Positions 1 through 8,746 of a stretch of DNA of 64,000 bases are shown here, piece after piece. The position numbers were made by a program, and so were the translations under genes. The notes beneath the pieces are model-generated. The model had not been told where the DNA came from. It saw only the letters and a program-made list of their open reading frames with translations, and made no database searches. The stretch spans positions 448,001-512,000 of the forward strand of contig CAVUAK010000001.1 of assembly GCA_963739455.1 (NCBI GenBank), read 5' to 3'. The DNA is from an uncultured Gemmatimonadales bacterium. GTDB lineage: Bacteria > Gemmatimonadota > Gemmatimonadetes > Gemmatimonadales > GWC2-71-9. Every line of letters starts with the position of its first letter. The first letter of the stretch is position 1.

Positions 1-172
1 CGAGCAGTTCCCGGTAGTCCCTCGCGGCATCCCAGGCGACGAGCCAGCTCGAGCGCTCCGGAGTGCCCGCGTCATAGGGGCAGCTATCGCCCGACAGGCC
101 AGAAAAGAAGGCCTCGCGCCCCTGATGGCGGGCGCGCTCCAAGCTCAGGCTCTCCGGCTCTCTAGCAGGCAA
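1..172 (-). CDS. Ribosome modulation factor (RMF)/CrpP-fold small protein, 3' end runs off the window
   Basis: Not in the ORF track. Hand translation from TTG at 172: MPAREPESLSLERARHQGREAFFSGLSGDSCPYDAGTPERSSWLVAWDAARDYRELL. This matches the RMF pattern LERA..G..A...G.S...CPY......W...W..A. GGAG lies 9 nt upstream of the TTG. Confidence 0.7.
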   Translation of the reverse strand, partial: MPAREPESLSLERARHQGREAFFSGLSGDSCPYDAGTPERSSWLVAWDAARDYRELL

Positions 173-216
173 TGAAGGGCACTCCACGGGGAAGGGGCTC
201 ACCGGCCACCTGCTCC

Positions 217-246
217 AATGTGTCGCCCGGGCGTGCCTTCTGTCAA
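217..246 (-). promoter_or_regulatory. Putative sigma70 promoter of the RMF-like gene
   Basis: Minus strand TTGACA-N18-CACATT, about 45 nt upstream of the TTG start. Confidence 0.4.
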
Positions 247-303
247 AGCCTTTTTACGCCGAGCCCCTCATTTCGCCCGAAGCCAGTCCGCAGGCACCCA
301 CGC

Positions 304-2476
304 TCAGTCGCGATCGGGACCAAAGGCCCGGGTCACGATGAGCCGGAACTGTGGAGCATAGCCGGGCGTGAGGAAGCGCTCGATCGGCTGGCCAGGCGCG
401 CCCTGGTTGATGTTGAAGGTGCCGAAGTTGGCGTACTTGGCATTGAAGACGTTGGTGACGATGCCGGAAATCTCCCAGAGACCAAGTTCATATCCGGCCC
501 GCAGGTCGGCCACGAAGTAGTCCGGAAGTGGCGCCATGTTGTTCGCCTCGTCCTGCTGCAGGTACTGCTCGCCGATCCATCGCACGTCGAACCCGCCTCG
601 AAGGCCGAACGGGAACCGCAGGTTGAGTCCCGCCTTGAACTGTGCCACCGGGACCAGCGGGATCACGTCGCCCGGCTCCACCGTGTTCTCGATGCCGAGT
701 TCCGAGTCGTCGAGAATCGAGAAGATCGACGCCTCCGACTGGAATGTCGCCTTGGTATACGCGTAGTTCGCGTAGACTGAGTGCGGTCCGAATCCGTAGT
801 TGGCTCCCAGCTCAACGCCAACGCGCCGCGTCTTGGCGATGTTGCCGAAGTAGCCCTGGATGGTCGACCCCTCGATCTCTTCCTGGGGACGGGAAGAGAA
901 AGATGTCGTTCTTCACGTTGCTGTAGTACGCCGTGGCCGTCAGCGCGAGCGCACCAGTGTGATAACGTGCGCCACCCTCGAAGGTGCTCACCGTGACGGG
1001 GGCGATCGGCGGATCGTCGCCCAGTGCGAAGGGCAGCACACACGGCTCCTCGGGATCGGCGCACGCCACCTCGATGAGTGACGGGGCGCGGAACGACGTG
1101 CCCCACGAGGCGAACACCGAGAGCCCGCGGCCGGCGTTCACGTCCACGCCAATGCGCGGATCGAGCCGGCTGTAGGTCGAGGTCGTGTCTCGCGCGGGAT
1201 TCATCAGGTTGTGGAAGGGGATGCTGACGAACTCGTAGCGGGCGCCGCCCGAGACCGTGACGCGACCAGCGGTATAGTCGGCCAGGGCGAACCCGGCGAT
1301 GTCGGAGAGCGGGCTCTGCACGTCGGTCGTCAGCACGCTCACGCCGCCGAACTTGGTCGAGTCGGCGAAGAGCTGGATCTTGCTGGAGGCGGTGGAGCCG
1401 TCGATGCCGAAGCGGAGGCCCATGGCGCTCTTGCCTACGGGCACCGCGAAGCGGTAGTCGATCGTGCCGCCGAAGACGCTGTTCGTCGCTTCATTCTGCG
1501 TGTCAGGGTCATCCTGCTGGTTCGCGTTGAAGCGGCTCGCGTCGGTGTAGCGGTAGTAGAAGTTGAACGATGCACGGCCATCGCCCAGCTGCTTGTATCC
1601 GGCCAGCGCGGCCTGCAGGCCGTTCAGGTCTTCGTAGTCGCCGTCGGTGAGGTTGGAGTCCGGCTTCACCCGGAACACCGACTCCGGCAGCGAACCGGCG
1701 GTCTGGGCATACGAGTGCGAGAAGAAGAACTGCCCCCTGATACCCGACGTCTGCCCCAGCTTGCCGATGTTGGTGAAGCCCTGCCACTGGTCGGCATGCG
1801 TCGACTGCCGCCAGCCATTTTCATAGTTGTAGTTGCCGCCGACGTAGTAGTCGAGCCCGCTCTTCATGGTGGCGCCCACTGAGGCCTCGGCGCTGACCGA
1901 GCCGAATGTCCCACCCATCACCTCGATTTCGCCGGCCGGGGCTCCTTCGCCCCGCCGCGTTACCAGGTTGATGGACCCGCCGAGAGAGTTCCGGCCCAGC
2001 AGCGTGCCGTTACCGGAGAGGATCTCAACTCGCTTCAGGTGTTCCATCGGAAGGAGGTCGAAGTTGACCTCGGCGGCATCGGGTTCGTTCACGCGTACGC
2101 CGTCCACGAACACCGAGACGCCCTGCGGCGTGCCGACCACGGGCGACGCGTAGAAGCCGCGCGTGCTCACGTTCATCTTGTAGGGCGTGCCGAGGTTGTC
2201 GTAGTTCGACATGCCGGGCTGCTGCTGCAGCACGTCCGGCAGCACCTTGGGCTCCATCCCGTCCACCTTGGCCCAGTCGAGCTTGGTGGAAATGCCAGCG
2301 ATGCCGGACCCGATGTTGACGCCGGCGAAGGGAAGGATCGAGCCCACCACCTCGATGGGTGGCAGCAGGTAAGTGCTGTCTGCCCTCGTGCTGTCGGGAA
2401 CCTGGGCGCTTGCGAGGGTGGGGAGCGCAAGCGTCGCGAGAATGATGGGCGCAACCAGACGAAGGCGTCGGGCCAT
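304..2476 (-). CDS. TonB-dependent outer-membrane receptor (one frameshift near 886)
   Basis: Signal peptide, plug motifs (VFVDGVRVNE, RVEILSG...LGGSINLVTR), barrel strands and C-terminal VTNVFNAKY. ORF 812..2476 continues in the 304..681 frame if one C is removed from a CCCC run (FPS|QEEIEGSTIQGYFGNIAKTRRVGVEL). Confidence 0.85.
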
Positions 2477-2509
2477 GAAGTTGTTCCAGATGAGATGATG
2501 GAAAAACGG

Positions 2510-3109
2510 TTACCGGAGCGGCGCGGCAATGCCCCGTGGGTGCTGCTCATAGACGGCGGCGAGCACGACTGACTCGTCGGCTTCGCTCATGATCAGGACG
2601 CCATCATCGGCCGGCCCCTCGCCGTCGAGGTCGGCACAACAGATCCGCGTCGTCCGTGCATCGCTCTCACCGGACACCGCGGGCACCGACCCGCGAGCGA
2701 ACCGGACGAGATCGGCGGATGACAGCGTGCCGCTGCCATCCCGGTCTTCGTACAGGCGGAGTCGGCTGATCTGCCGACCACGGGCCTCCAGCACGAAGCC
2801 ATCGTCGGCGGTACCGCCTCCATCGAGATCCTGGCAACAGGAGTCGATCAGCACCGGCGGCCCCACCGCCTTCCAGGTGAGTACGCCGGCGCTCACCATC
2901 AGCACCAGCCCCGCGGCAACGCCCAGCATGGAACGCAACGCCGCCGAGCGCGACTGGCGCGGCCCGCCGCGCGGTGACTCACCGCGCCTCGCGCGTCCCG
3001 CGATTTCTGGCCCGAGCGACGCGCGCGGGCTGAAGGAGAGCCCGACGAGCAGCCGTTCCGTTTCGACGAAGTGAGGGTCGCCGCCCCGATCCGGATGCTC
3101 GCCGGTCAT
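2510..3109 (-). CDS. Single-pass membrane protein, probable anti-sigma factor with Asp/Cys-rich extracytoplasmic domain
   Basis: ATGA overlap with the ECF sigma stop, one TM helix (MLGVAAGLVLMVSAGVLTW), two CCxDLDGxGxADDG motifs and DRDGSGTLSSAD. Confidence 0.65.
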   Translation of the reverse strand: MTGEHPDRGGDPHFVETERLLVGLSFSPRASLGPEIAGRARRGESPRGGPRQSRSAALRSMLGVAAGLVLMVSAGVLTWKAVGPPVLIDSCCQDLDGGGTADDGFVLEARGRQISRLRLYEDRDGSGTLSSADLVRFARGSVPAVSGESDARTTRICCADLDGEGPADDGVLIMSEADESVVLAAVYEQHPRGIAAPLR

Positions 3110-3651
3110 GTCATGTGCTCCCGGAGCCGCTCGAGCGCGCGCCACAGGCGCGTGCGCACGGTTCCCGCCGGCACTTCCAGGAGTTCCGCAAGTTCTGCAA
3201 TGTCGAGCTCGCCACCATAGCGCAGGCTCAGGAGCTCGCGATCATCGCTGCCCAGCGCGCCCATGGCCGTCATCGCGGCACCGACCTCTTCCCGCCGGAG
3301 CATCCGCTCCTCCGGAGAAGGCTCGTCCATCGCCAGGTCCCTGAGCTCGTCCACCCCCACCTGCCGGCGGACCCGGGCGCTCCGCCGCTCGTCGATGAGC
3401 ACGTTCCGGGCGATCGTCAGCAGCCAGGTCTGCACCTGCGCCCGGGACGGGTCATAGCGGTCCGCGGCCCGCACCGCGCGGAGGAACGTCTCCGCGGTGA
3501 AGTCCTCGGCGTCGTCGGGCGGCACCAGCTGGAACCGGAAGTAGTTGTAGACGGCCTTCCCGTGCGCCTCGTACCAGGCAGCACAAGGATCGACTTGGAC
3601 GTGGGGAACGTCCAAGTCGTTGTGCTTCACGGGGTTCTGGGGAGGGCTCAT
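3106..3651 (-). CDS. ECF-family RNA polymerase sigma factor
   Basis: Region 2 (DAEDFTAETFLRA, TWLLTIARN) and region 4 (RELLSLRY...ELAELLEVPAGTVRTRLWRA). Start codon uncertain. Confidence 0.9.
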   Translation of the reverse strand: MSPPQNPVKHNDLDVPHVQVDPCAAWYEAHGKAVYNYFRFQLVPPDDAEDFTAETFLRAVRAADRYDPSRAQVQTWLLTIARNVLIDERRSARVRRQVGVDELRDLAMDEPSPEERMLRREEVGAAMTAMGALGSDDRELLSLRYGGELDIAELAELLEVPAGTVRTRLWRALERLREHMT

Positions 3652-3704
3652 CAGGTTACACCAATTATACGGAGCAAGGCGCCAGTCGTCACACTTTGGA
3701 TTTC

Positions 3705-3908
3705 CTACGTCTTGAGGCCGAGCAAGGCCGTCAAGAAAACGAAGATCAGGAGGACGACGCACGCCACGGCCGCCACGCCAACCGCCAGCCACCGGGCGCT
3801 CGGCCGACGGGGCGGAAACTCCAGCTCCCGCTGACCCGGCCGAAGTGCGCCGGGGGGTTCGAATCGGAGCGTCAGCAGAAGGCGCTCGACATCGGTGATG
3901 GAATGCAT
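3705..3908 (-). CDS. Small membrane protein resembling the N-terminus of the adjacent anti-sigma factor
   Basis: GAGG RBS, C-terminal TM helix, and TDVERLLLTLRFEPPGALRP aligns with VETERLLVGLSFSPRASLGP of 2510..3109. Confidence 0.6.
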   Translation of the reverse strand: MHSITDVERLLLTLRFEPPGALRPGQRELEFPPRRPSARWLAVGVAAVACVVLLIFVFLTALLGLKT

Positions 3909-3949
3909 GCCCATGCCCTCTGATACGACCGACGGCCGGGGCCATCACT

Positions 3950-5107
3950 CTACTGCACCGGACAGCCCGGCGAGACCCACGCCACCGCCCGGCGGTCGGT
4001 GGAGCCGCCGGCAAGTGCCCACCCGACGATCACGCCGCACTGGTTGATCCCGGCGTTGGTCGGTTCCGCCCGGTCGCCACCCAGCGTTGGCAGCGCGGTG
4101 AACTGCCGGTCCGTCTCCAGCATGTAGGTGGCAACCGGCTGGCTCGTCATGACGACGCCCTCGACATCGGAGGACTGGCTGCTGCCTGCCACCAGGCCGG
4201 CGTCGTTGATCGCGCGAGCGGTGACCCCGTTGTCGCCTTCTGCCGGCTCACCCAGCGCCACCATGCCCCGGGTGGACGAATACCGGAACGCCCGGAGCAT
4301 TCCATCCTCGTCTTCACTCCCGCCCACCGTCACGCCGTTGCTGTTGAGGCCGTTAGCCTCTGATTCTCCCGGCGCCGCCGCAGCATCATCGTCGTCGTCA
4401 TCATCGTCGCCACCACCGGCCAGCGACCCCAGGAAGACGAAGCCGGACTCGTCGGTCCAGCGATAGCCTGCCTCCAGTTCCTCGGCGTTCCCCGCGAACA
4501 TGCCGTCGTCGTTGATCTGCGTCGGCTCGTAGCTCTCCCGCACCGTGGGGTTCATGTCCTGGATCGAACCATCCGGCAGCCAGAGGACGACCCATTCGTC
4601 CGCGGAAACGAACCCGGCAATGGTGCCCTCGTTGTTGATGGAGCGCGCCCGGCCGCGGTCGGTGTCCTCGAGGAGCTCCAAAAGCACCGGCTCAGAAGTC
4701 GGCGTGTCCCACCGGCAGGGCTTCTCGATGCCTTCGATGCGCACCGATCCCACGATGACGCCGTTGTCGTTGATGTCGTACGCGTTGCTGCGCGTGGTGC
4801 CCTCGGGCTCCAGCAGTTGAATGGCCGTTCCGCCCTGGAAGTAGACGGCACGCTGGGCACCCCCCGCATCGGTGGCGTAGCCCACCGCCAGGCCGGCCTC
4901 ATTGATGGCATACGCCTGGCTGGCGGTGCCGCCCGCCAGGAGGCCAAGCTGCTGGATGGTGTAGGCCGGAATCTCCGCGGGCTCGTCGTCATGTCCGGCA
5001 GGCAGGCTGCAGGATGCGACGATGATTGCCACCGCCGGTGCGACCAGTCGGTACAGCGTCCGCTTTCCCCGCGCGATCCTGAGCATCGTGTCCCCATCTC
5101 CTGGCAT
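3950..5107 (-). CDS. Lipoprotein with HAF-type extracellular repeats (beta-propeller-like)
   Basis: Lipobox VASC and repeats such as LG.L.GG..S.A..IN..G..VG. Start may be 5086. Confidence 0.75.
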   Translation of the reverse strand: MPGDGDTMLRIARGKRTLYRLVAPAVAIIVASCSLPAGHDDEPAEIPAYTIQQLGLLAGGTASQAYAINEAGLAVGYATDAGGAQRAVYFQGGTAIQLLEPEGTTRSNAYDINDNGVIVGSVRIEGIEKPCRWDTPTSEPVLLELLEDTDRGRARSINNEGTIAGFVSADEWVVLWLPDGSIQDMNPTVRESYEPTQINDDGMFAGNAEELEAGYRWTDESGFVFLGSLAGGGDDDDDDDDAAAAPGESEANGLNSNGVTVGGSEDEDGMLRAFRYSSTRGMVALGEPAEGDNGVTARAINDAGLVAGSSQSSDVEGVVMTSQPVATYMLETDRQFTALPTLGGDRAEPTNAGINQCGVIVGWALAGGSTDRRAVAWVSPGCPVQ

Positions 5108-5371
5108 CGGGTTTCCAGCCCTGTTCGGGCCCTCGGCATGCGCCGCTATCCACCCCTGGGGGCGGGCAGCGCCGTCGACAATATGGATTTCAGGGCGTTT
5201 TCGTGGCCTACTGGGGCCATATACGGATGAGCACCGCGCGCGTCACGCATGCTGCGCGACGGCTGCGATGGACTTCAGTCAGGATTCAGGCAGGAACGAT
5301 GAATCTGTGAGGTGGGACGCACCTGCCGGAAGAATCTGGCTGGGCGCCGGTCATGACATGGCTCGCGGTGG

Positions 5372-5854
5372 CTACTCCCTGACTGTAAGCGTTGGCGACG
5401 TCAGTTCGGTCAACGCATCCGAGGCGTCGGAAGCGAAATAGGACAGGGTATAGCGATAGCTCCCCGCATGCGACGGTACCACCCCGTACATGACCGACAC
5501 TTCTTCCCCGGGCGGGACGGTCGTCCCGATGTCGCGCCGGGCCGGGCCGCACGCGGGGCGCGGCACCACGCCCTCCGTCAGCAGGGCCCAGCCCCCTCCC
5601 ACCTGCTGCTTCAGGATCGAGAACCCGACCACAATGAAAAGGCCTGGGGTCTCCGCTACCGCGCACTTCGCCACAACAATGGCGGCGCTGGTGTTGTTCC
5701 GTACCAGCAGTTCGGTCGCATGTGGCACCTGCGTTACGACGTCGGTGGTCCTGTCGGCACGGAGCGAGACGCCCTCGGGGACTGCAGGGTCACCACCGCA
5801 CGCAACGACCCCCAGCATCACCCCGGTAAGGGCCATGCCAATTCGATTTCGCAC
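5372..5854 (-). CDS. Hypothetical lipoprotein
   Basis: AAGGAG RBS, signal peptide with VVAC-GG lipobox. Confidence 0.65.
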   Translation of the reverse strand: MRNRIGMALTGVMLGVVACGGDPAVPEGVSLRADRTTDVVTQVPHATELLVRNNTSAAIVVAKCAVAETPGLFIVVGFSILKQQVGGGWALLTEGVVPRPACGPARRDIGTTVPPGEEVSVMYGVVPSHAGSYRYTLSYFASDASDALTELTSPTLTVRE

Positions 5855-5887
5855 TGCTTCTCCTTACGCCGGAATGCCTTGCAGCGG

Positions 5888-7087
5888 CTAGTACGCAGGC
5901 AGCCCCGTGATCTCGTGCCCCAGGATCAGCCCATGTACGTCGTGCGTACCCTCGTAGGTATAAACCGATTCAAGGTTCGCCATGTGCCGCATCGAGTGGT
6001 ACTCGACCAGGATCCCGTTGCCACCAAGCAACCGCCGTGCCTCCCGCGCGCACTCACAGGCAATGTTCACGTTGTTCCGCTTGGCCAGCGATACCTGGGC
6101 GGGCGTAAAGGTGCCGGCATCCTTCAGGCGTCCAAGCTGCAGTGCAAGCAATTGCGCCTTGGTGATTTCGGTCAGCATGTCCGCCAGCCGGACCTGCTGG
6201 ATCTGCGTCTGGGCAATCGGCCGGTCGAACATGATGCGGTTCTTGGCGTAGCTCACCGCCTCAACGAAACAGGCCATGGCCGCACCCACCGCGCCCCACG
6301 CAATGCCATACCGCGCCTGCGTCAGGCACATGAGCGGACTGCGGAGCCCGCCACTCTTGGGCAGGATCGCATCCTTCGGCACCAGGCAATCCTCGAGCGC
6401 GATCTCGCTGGTATCTGACGCGCGGAGGGAGAGCTTTCCCTTCTGGTCGCGAGCCGTGTAGCCCTTGGTGTCCGTCGGGACAATGAATCCGCGGATCGAC
6501 TTGGAGTCGTCGATGGCGCCGGTCTTGGCCCAGATGATCGAGACGGTGGCCTGGCTGCCATTGGTGATCCACATCTTGGCGCCATTCAGCACCCAGCCAT
6601 CCTTCGTTTCACGCGCGGTCGTGATCATGCCGCCGGGATTGGAACCGAAGTCGGGCTCGGTCAGGCCGAAGCAGCCGATCTCCTGCCCCGCCGCGAGGCG
6701 CGGCAGCCAGTGCTTCTTCTGTTCCTCGGAGCCGAACGCATAGATGGGGTACATCACCAGCCCGCCCTGCACCGACGCAAAGGAGCGGATGCCACTGTCG
6801 CCGCGCTCGAGCTCCTGCATGATGAGCCCGTACGCCACATTGTTGAGCCCGGCGCAGCCGTACTCCTCAGGCAGGTTCGCGCCGAAGAAGCCGAGTTCGG
6901 CCATTCCCGGAATCAACTGCTTCGGGAACTCGCCCTTGATGTAGGCGTCGCCAATGACCGGCATGAGGTGGTCATCCACCCATGCCCTGACCGTGTCGCG
7001 AACCGCGCGCTCCTCTTCGGAGAGCAGCGAGTCCATATCGTAGAAATCGACGCCCGGAAACTGGGACGTGGCAGCAGCGGTTGTCAT
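5888..7087 (-). CDS. gcdH: Acyl-CoA dehydrogenase, glutaryl-CoA dehydrogenase-like
   Basis: ELERGDSGIRSFASVQ, GCFGLTEPDFGSNP, NLESVYTYEGTHDVH. Start at MTTAAAT. Confidence 0.85.
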   Translation of the reverse strand: MTTAAATSQFPGVDFYDMDSLLSEEERAVRDTVRAWVDDHLMPVIGDAYIKGEFPKQLIPGMAELGFFGANLPEEYGCAGLNNVAYGLIMQELERGDSGIRSFASVQGGLVMYPIYAFGSEEQKKHWLPRLAAGQEIGCFGLTEPDFGSNPGGMITTARETKDGWVLNGAKMWITNGSQATVSIIWAKTGAIDDSKSIRGFIVPTDTKGYTARDQKGKLSLRASDTSEIALEDCLVPKDAILPKSGGLRSPLMCLTQARYGIAWGAVGAAMACFVEAVSYAKNRIMFDRPIAQTQIQQVRLADMLTEITKAQLLALQLGRLKDAGTFTPAQVSLAKRNNVNIACECAREARRLLGGNGILVEYHSMRHMANLESVYTYEGTHDVHGLILGHEITGLPAY

Positions 7088-7132
7088 ACGTTCCCCGTGA
7101 CAATGTCGAATGTTTGCGAACGCCCAAATATA

Positions 7133-7163
7133 CCTTCCCCGCCTTCCCCGCCTTCCCCGCCCT
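7133..7163. repeat. Tandem 9-mer (CCTTCCCCG)x3
   Basis: Directly visible, intergenic, just after the SprT-like stop. Confidence 0.85.
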
Positions 7164-7173
7164 GTTCTTCGCC

Positions 7174-7779
7174 CTATCTCCCCAGCAACCTCTCCACCCT
7201 CCCCCAGACACTCCCGCACACCCCCGGCGCCGGCACCACCGCGCGCGGCACGATACCCACCTCCCGTGCCTTCCGCCGGAACCCCGCACCATGGTCCACC
7301 TTCACCCCCGTTTCCGCCTGCCACTGGTGCACCATCTCGTGCAGCAGGGTCTCCTCCACGTCACGCCAGGGGTGCTGCTTGAGCAGGCGCCGGCTGATCA
7401 CGATGCGAACCGGGCGCGATGTGCGTCCATCGTACACCAGCTCACCCAGCCGACGCCGCATCCGGCTCGACAGGCCGATCGGGATCGCCGCGAGCGTGCC
7501 ATCGAAGTGCCGCGCATTCAGCTCCCGCCAGCGGTCAGTCAATCGTGCGACCATCGCTTCCTCACCCGGACGGACCTGGTCGGCGGCGCGCGGTGACCTT
7601 GGCGCCGATCCCTCGCTCGAGATCGGCCAGGAGAGCAGGATCCGCTCGGCGGCGAGACGATCGGCCCGCCGGGTACGTGGCGCCACGAACCGCACGATCG
7701 CGTGCAGCACCCGGTCGGGCGCCACGGCGTACTCCCGATGTACCCGGAGCTCTCCGCGCGACGTGAGCGACACCATCAC
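7174..7779 (-). CDS. SprT-like zinc metalloprotease
   Basis: LNARHFDGTL, RMRRRLG, TLLHEMVHQW, DHGAGFRR. The frame stays open to about 7890 without a canonical start, so the true start is uncertain. Confidence 0.8.
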   Translation of the reverse strand: MMVSLTSRGELRVHREYAVAPDRVLHAIVRFVAPRTRRADRLAAERILLSWPISSEGSAPRSPRAADQVRPGEEAMVARLTDRWRELNARHFDGTLAAIPIGLSSRMRRRLGELVYDGRTSRPVRIVISRRLLKQHPWRDVEETLLHEMVHQWQAETGVKVDHGAGFRRKAREVGIVPRAVVPAPGVCGSVWGRVERLLGR

Positions 7780-7885
7780 GGTGCGGTTCTGGTGGGTCCG
7801 GATGCGGGAGACGTCGTGCAGCCCCAGCGCGCGCAGGCGCGCCGCGAGCAGCTCGTCCGGCGGCGCTGAGAGGCGTAGCCCGCCC

Positions 7886-8746
7886 TCAGGCGACAGCGGT
7901 CACTCCCTGCGGCTGGACCACGCCCCGGATCGGCCGCGCGAAGACGAAGCGGTCGGAGGGAGCAAACGTCTCGCCTTGCCAGCGCCAGTGCTGGATCGTC
8001 ACCGTGCCGGCATCAATGCGCACGACGTTGAACACCGAAGGCTTCCCTCCGCGCATCCGGTGCGTCAGCGTGCCGGCCGTGCTCACGACGATCCTGTCGC
8101 CAAGCTGTGCTGCCGCCTCTTCATGATCGTGCCCGTTGAGTATCACGTCGGGCGCCAATGCAATGAGGCGCTCTTGCGCCGTCTTCCAGCGGGAGAGGCC
8201 CATGCGCTGCGAGATCTTGCCGCGAAGCACGTTCTGGTGGAGAACAAGCACACGCGCCAGGCCGGCCGGGGCGCTCTCGAATATCCGCGCAACACGGTAA
8301 AGCTCGGACTTGGGCAGGTGGCCCTTCACTGCCATGTCGTTGAGGTTGGGCGTCATCGAAGGGAACGACACGCCGTGACTCGTCAGCGCTGTTGCGATCA
8401 CGGCGCCGGGAACAATCAGCGTGGGAGTAAGATCCTCGCCGAACCAGCGGCGGAACTTCACGTAGATGCGCTGCCGGCCCCGGATCCAGAAGGGGCTCTC
8501 GAACCACTGCACGTCATGGTTGCCCGGCAGCGTCAGCACCGGCGCGCTCTTCCCCAGTTGCTCCAGGAAGCGCCTCGCCGCCTGGAACTCGCCGTGCCGG
8601 GCGCGCTGCGTCAGGTCGCCCGACACCACCACCGCGCCCGCGTCCAGCGTGGGGACGATCTGCTCGACGGCGTCGATCATCCTCAGGTCGCAGTCGCGCC
8701 CGAAGTGGAGGTCGGACAGGTGCACCAGCGTAACTGGAATCACCAC
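7886..8746 (-). CDS. Calcineurin-like metallophosphoesterase (CpdA/Icc-like)
   Basis: SDLH, SGDLT, PGNHD, LHQ and NGHDH motifs. Confidence 0.85.
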   Translation of the reverse strand: MVIPVTLVHLSDLHFGRDCDLRMIDAVEQIVPTLDAGAVVVSGDLTQRARHGEFQAARRFLEQLGKSAPVLTLPGNHDVQWFESPFWIRGRQRIYVKFRRWFGEDLTPTLIVPGAVIATALTSHGVSFPSMTPNLNDMAVKGHLPKSELYRVARIFESAPAGLARVLVLHQNVLRGKISQRMGLSRWKTAQERLIALAPDVILNGHDHEEAAAQLGDRIVVSTAGTLTHRMRGGKPSVFNVVRIDAGTVTIQHWRWQGETFAPSDRFVFARPIRGVVQPQGVTAVA

